Below the pieces are notes generated by a model. That model was given only the letters and a program-made list of their open reading frames with translations, was not told where the DNA came from and searched no databases. This document shows, piece by piece, positions 60,200-64,000 of a stretch of 64,000 nt of DNA. Positions within the stretch are counted from its first letter, which is position 1. Each line of letters opens with the position of its first letter. Source of the DNA: an uncultured Planctomycetaceae bacterium. GTDB lineage: Bacteria > Planctomycetota > Planctomycetia > Planctomycetales > Planctomycetaceae. The stretch is taken from contig CAXBME010000004.1 in assembly GCA_963976765.1 (NCBI GenBank), forward strand, positions 186,001 to 250,000, read 5' to 3'. Position numbers and translations under genes: made by a program.

Positions 60200-61597
60200 T
60201 TATTTCGACAGTAGTTTGGCATTTGCGACGAACGCGGCAGGCCTGCTGTTGTCGGCAATGTCTGCTGCGAACGACTTTAATTGTTCGTTGAGTTTCTTCA
60301 CCACGTCCGGATGCGACTTGATGATGTTGGTTTTCTCGCCGATATCACTCTCCAGATTGTAGAGCTGCGTAGGCTTTCCCTTGTTCGTATGTAGTTTCCA
60401 AGTTCCGGATCTCACCGCTGCCAGGGCGTTTCCGCGATGGTAGAAGAACACCTCGTGGGGAGTTGACGCCTCGCCGGTGAGAGTCGGCCAGATGTCTTTG
60501 CCATCAATGACGCGATCTATGGGGATCGCGGCGCCAGCCAGCTTTGCAAAAGTCGGCAGCAGATCCATCGCCGTCATGAGTTCGTCGTTGGACTGGCCAG
60601 CCGGGATCTTTCCTGGCCAGCGGACGACCGTGGGCTCGCGCATGCCGCCTTCAAAGGTGGTCCCCTTGTTGCCACGCAACGGGCCGGGACTGGCGAGGAG
60701 CGAATTTTTCGGCGGGCCGTTATCGGAGGTGAACAGGACGAGCGTGTTGTCGTCGAGTCCGTGGGCCTTGAGCGCGTCGAGAATCTGCCCGACGGACCAG
60801 TCGATTTCGGCGATGGCCTGATGGAACAGCCTGTCCCGCGTTCGGTAGTCGATATTGCCGTCTTCCGCCTTCAGCGTCGCCACGACATCGTCCGAGACGT
60901 CCTTCATGAACGGGGGTGAAACGTGCAACGGGGCGTGGGGAATGGGATGCGGGACGTAGAGAAAGAACGGCTGGCTCTTATTCCGTTCAATGAATGAGAC
61001 CGCGCGTTCGGTGATCCGCCTCGTCAGGAAGTCGGCATCTGGATCCATCTCGATGACCGTGTCATTTTCCAACAGTGGCAGCGGAGGGAACTTGTAGTGA
61101 CTCTGCCTCGGGTGAAACGGGTGAATGTCGTGGCTGTAAGGAATACCGAAGAATTCATCGAAGCCCTGCTTCGTCGGAAGAAACTCGGGCTGGTCGCCAA
61201 GGTGCCACTTGCCAAAGATTCCAGTCTTATAGCCCACGTTCTTCAGGACTTCGGCGATGGTGATTTCATCGGGGTTCAAACCCTTCCGGTCTCCGGCGAG
61301 CAGTACTCCGAAGTTCGACCCCGTCGCCATGCCGATGCGCTTCGGGTAGCAGCCCGTCATCAGGCCAGCGCGTGATGGCGTGCAAACCGGGGCGGCCACA
61401 TAAAAGCTCGTCAGCCGGGACCCCTCCGCCGCCATCTGATCAATGCGAGGTGTGCTGACGTGTTGCCCACCAAAACAACTGAGATCACCGTAACCCTGAT
61501 CGTCCGTAAAGATGACAACGAAGTTGGGTTTCTCAGCGGCACTGAGTGACTGGGCCAATCCCAGGCATAAGAAGCTGATGAGGTGTAGAATTTTCAC
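60200..61597 (-). CDS. Sulfatase (arylsulfatase A-like)
   Basis: DDQGYGD, CTPSR, GKWHLG, TSDNG, GNKGTTFEGG; signal peptide from GTG 61597 (alternative start 61654). Confidence 0.93.
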   Translation of the reverse strand: MKILHLISFLCLGLAQSLSAAEKPNFVVIFTDDQGYGDLSCFGGQHVSTPRIDQMAAEGSRLTSFYVAAPVCTPSRAGLMTGCYPKRIGMATGSNFGVLLAGDRKGLNPDEITIAEVLKNVGYKTGIFGKWHLGDQPEFLPTKQGFDEFFGIPYSHDIHPFHPRQSHYKFPPLPLLENDTVIEMDPDADFLTRRITERAVSFIERNKSQPFFLYVPHPIPHAPLHVSPPFMKDVSDDVVATLKAEDGNIDYRTRDRLFHQAIAEIDWSVGQILDALKAHGLDDNTLVLFTSDNGPPKNSLLASPGPLRGNKGTTFEGGMREPTVVRWPGKIPAGQSNDELMTAMDLLPTFAKLAGAAIPIDRVIDGKDIWPTLTGEASTPHEVFFYHRGNALAAVRSGTWKLHTNKGKPTQLYNLESDIGEKTNIIKSHPDVVKKLNEQLKSFAADIADNSRPAAFVANAKLLSK

Positions 61598-61698
61598 TTC
61601 TGACTCTTTCCTCGTCTGTGTCTTTGCGGTTGATTCGGATGTCTCTTCAGACATTCGGCCGCATTCTCGCTTGCTGTGGCCGGATCAGTCGTGCCCGA

Positions 61699-64000
61699 TC
61701 AGCGTTCCTGCGGATCCACGAGGTTGATTTTTCGCTGATCTGTGCCGGTTGTGCGTACGTCCCCGAGTTCGACTCGGATTGCTTCAGCCTGCTCTTGCAG
61801 GCGGGCGACGACGTCCGGATGTCGACCCGCGACGTTCCGTTTCTCGCCGACATCGGATTTCAGATTGAACAGCCGCACTTCGTCGAGAGTTACGAAGCCT
61901 TTCGTCTTGTCAGGCTTTTTGGACCAGAAAGGCTGGTCTTTCGCAGTGCGTGGCAGGTGCAGTTTCCAGTCACCCCCACGCACCGCCTGGAGATTGGTTC
62001 CGTTGTAGTAGTAGAGAAACTCGTGAGGGGATTCGACCGTTTTTCCCTGCAGGACGGGAAGGATTGGTTTGCCGTCGATCGTTCGATCACTCGGTTGCTC
62101 GACCCCCGCGAGTTCACAGAACAGTGGCAGCAAATCCATGCTGGAGATGGTCGCGCCGGAAACCTGCCCGGACGGGATGACTCCCGGCCAGCGGAAGATG
62201 CCGGGCACACGATGCCCGCCTTCCATTGTGCAATACTTGCCGCCGGCCAGACCACCCGATGACCCGAACCTGGTCGGGCCATTGTCCGACGTAAAGACAA
62301 CCAGCGTGTTGTCGTCGATGCCTGCATCCCGGATTGCGTTCAGAATCCGTCCGGTGCTGTGATCCAGTTCTTTGATGAAGTCACCGTACTTACCTTTCGT
62401 GGATGTGCCGACGAAGTCTTTGCTGGGCAACAGCGGGGAGTGCACGATGTGGTGCGAAATGTAGATGAAGAACGGATCGTCTTTCTGCCGCTTGATGAAA
62501 TCGACAACCTCATCGGTATAACGCTTCGTCAGTTCTTCACAGGCCACGTTTTTCTTCTCAACTTGCCTGCCACGGTAAAGCGTGTTGTAGTCTGGCCCTC
62601 GATCTTTGGAGTAATTGCTGGGGATGCCGAGGTGTTCATCAAAGCCGGCATCAATCGGATGCGAACCTTCTACTCCCATACCCAGATGCCACTTACCAAC
62701 CATCAGCGAGCGATAGCCCGCAGGTTTCAACAGTTCCGGGATCGTGATCTCTTCCGGCAGGAAGCCGTAGTCCTTGTACTTCGATCCCGGTGTTTCCTTC
62801 CGAGCAACCGGAATTCCACATCGCATCGGGTAACGCCCGGTGAGAAGTGACGCACGTGAAGGACTGCACACGTTGGCTGGAACGAAGAAATCCGTGCTGC
62901 GAAATCCCTCGGCGGCAAGGGCATCAATGTTCGCTGTCTGGACGCCTTCCCGGGCGTAACAACTGATGTCGCCGTAGCCGAGATCGTCGGCGAAGATGAC
63001 CACGAAGTTTGGTTTCGCCGTCGCTGCACGCGGTGCCTGAGCCTCTGACGGTGCGGGTGCTTGCGTCGTTTGAAGAAATTCCGCCAGCACCTTCGCATCG
63101 AACTGGAAGTCATCAACGGTGATGTGACCCCAGCCGGTTGTTGAGTGGTCAACGATCTTGATAAACATCTTCCGGCCGACAAAGGGAGTGAGATCCCACG
63201 TCGCTTCCTGCATCACCTGGTCGTTCACGCCTCGGGCGAATTGAACCTCTTTGCCGTCCGCCGTGCATAGCGCGGCATAGGTGGATTGGCCTGAACCACC
63301 CCCAATCCGGAATGTCATTTTTCCGCCTTCAGGAACAAACAGCGGTGACACGATCACACCCGTCTGGCTGTCCATTCCGCGTTCAGCGTCGGCCGTGGAT
63401 TCGAGTGTGGTCAGGTAGTACTTACCCTGCTTGTTGTATTCCTGCCCGTTCCTGAAGAACTCGGACCGGCTTCCGATGACGTGCCCGAACTGCCCTTCGA
63501 TCACTTTCCAGGGCTCCAGTCTGCCCGACTCAAAGTCCAGCGAAGCGCTTCGAGTACTCGGCATGGCCGCAGTCTTTTTGGCAGCCTTGCCCGATGAACG
63601 CGGACTTTTCTGGCTCCCAGTGGCAAGCTTCGTTCTTTTCGGCGCGTAGGTTGCCAGCAGCGCACTCAACTCTTTCACCACGTCGGGATGATCGTTGATC
63701 ACGTTCTGTGTCTCATTCACATCCGCTTTCAGATCGTAAAGCTGAGCGGGAGGCGCATCGTCTTTGATTTTTCCGTTTTCGATGTCGCTGTTCACCGATC
63801 CCACAAAACTGGCCGCGGCCGGTCCGGCGAACGTGTGACTACTGGGAGTCTTTCCCCCGAATCCACCGCTGCCCTGCCGGGGGATATACATCCACTTTCC
63901 TTTGCGAACCGACAGATGCGTGCCCTTGTTCGGAGCAAGGACCAGATGGTCTCGCACCTGCTCTTCCGGTTCCTCGACGAAAGTAGGAAGCATGTTGACA
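61699..64000 (-). CDS. Multi-domain sulfatase (5' end outside the window): sulfatase C-terminus, beta-sandwich domain, second complete sulfatase
   Basis: QLYDLKADVNETQN tail; LDFESG..GWGHITVDDF domain; then DDLGYGD, CSPSR, GKWHLG, TSDNG. Confidence 0.88.
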   Translation of the reverse strand, partial: VNMLPTFVEEPEEQVRDHLVLAPNKGTHLSVRKGKWMYIPRQGSGGFGGKTPSSHTFAGPAAASFVGSVNSDIENGKIKDDAPPAQLYDLKADVNETQNVINDHPDVVKELSALLATYAPKRTKLATGSQKSPRSSGKAAKKTAAMPSTRSASLDFESGRLEPWKVIEGQFGHVIGSRSEFFRNGQEYNKQGKYYLTTLESTADAERGMDSQTGVIVSPLFVPEGGKMTFRIGGGSGQSTYAALCTADGKEVQFARGVNDQVMQEATWDLTPFVGRKMFIKIVDHSTTGWGHITVDDFQFDAKVLAEFLQTTQAPAPSEAQAPRAATAKPNFVVIFADDLGYGDISCYAREGVQTANIDALAAEGFRSTDFFVPANVCSPSRASLLTGRYPMRCGIPVARKETPGSKYKDYGFLPEEITIPELLKPAGYRSLMVGKWHLGMGVEGSHPIDAGFDEHLGIPSNYSKDRGPDYNTLYRGRQVEKKNVACEELTKRYTDEVVDFIKRQKDDPFFIYISHHIVHSPLLPSKDFVGTSTKGKYGDFIKELDHSTGRILNAIRDAGIDDNTLVVFTSDNGPTRFGSSGGLAGGKYCTMEGGHRVPGIFRWPGVIPSGQVSGATISSMDLLPLFCELAGVEQPSDRTIDGKPILPVLQGKTVESPHEFLYYYNGTNLQAVRGGDWKLHLPRTAKDQPFWSKKPDKTKGFVTLDEVRLFNLKSDVGEKRNVAGRHPDVVARLQEQAEAIRVELGDVRTTGTDQRKINLVDPQER

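Noticed and set aside
1..64000. CRISPR array, tRNA, rRNA, tmRNA, RNase P
   Set aside because: No regularly spaced direct repeats or recognisable RNA signatures by eye; a covariance search was not possible

Overview
GC-rich bacterial chromosomal window. The gene families (DUF1501/DUF1800, PVC-type heme-binding proteins, many sulfatases, DUF1570) point to a planctomycete (inference). It has about 45 CDS: a secreted phosphoesterase/redox/sulfatase/PhoD cluster (1-13.5 kb), DUF1800-DUF1501, waaA with a LysM L,D-transpeptidase, corA, glcDEF, a D-2-hydroxyacid dehydrogenase, mog, TerC, trmH, a nuclease, gpx, tdh-kbl, a lone tadB-like gene, kdsA, DUF58, type-2 ileS, an EEP nuclease with an unknown partner, and sulfatases at the right edge. 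I found no rRNA, tRNA, CRISPR array, transposase or integrase gene. The most notable signals are outside the ORF track: (1) a complete integron-style cassette (promoter, attI-like site, ORF, attC) with no integrase, plus a second decayed one; (2) a 68-bp REP-like doublet inserted in frame into ileS, whose HIGH/KMSKS motifs read GVHH/PMHKS; (3) several REP/REPIN and MITE families, one of which supplies stop codons; (4) a candidate two-gene EEP-nuclease defence module. Calls come from motif recognition by eye, not database searches.
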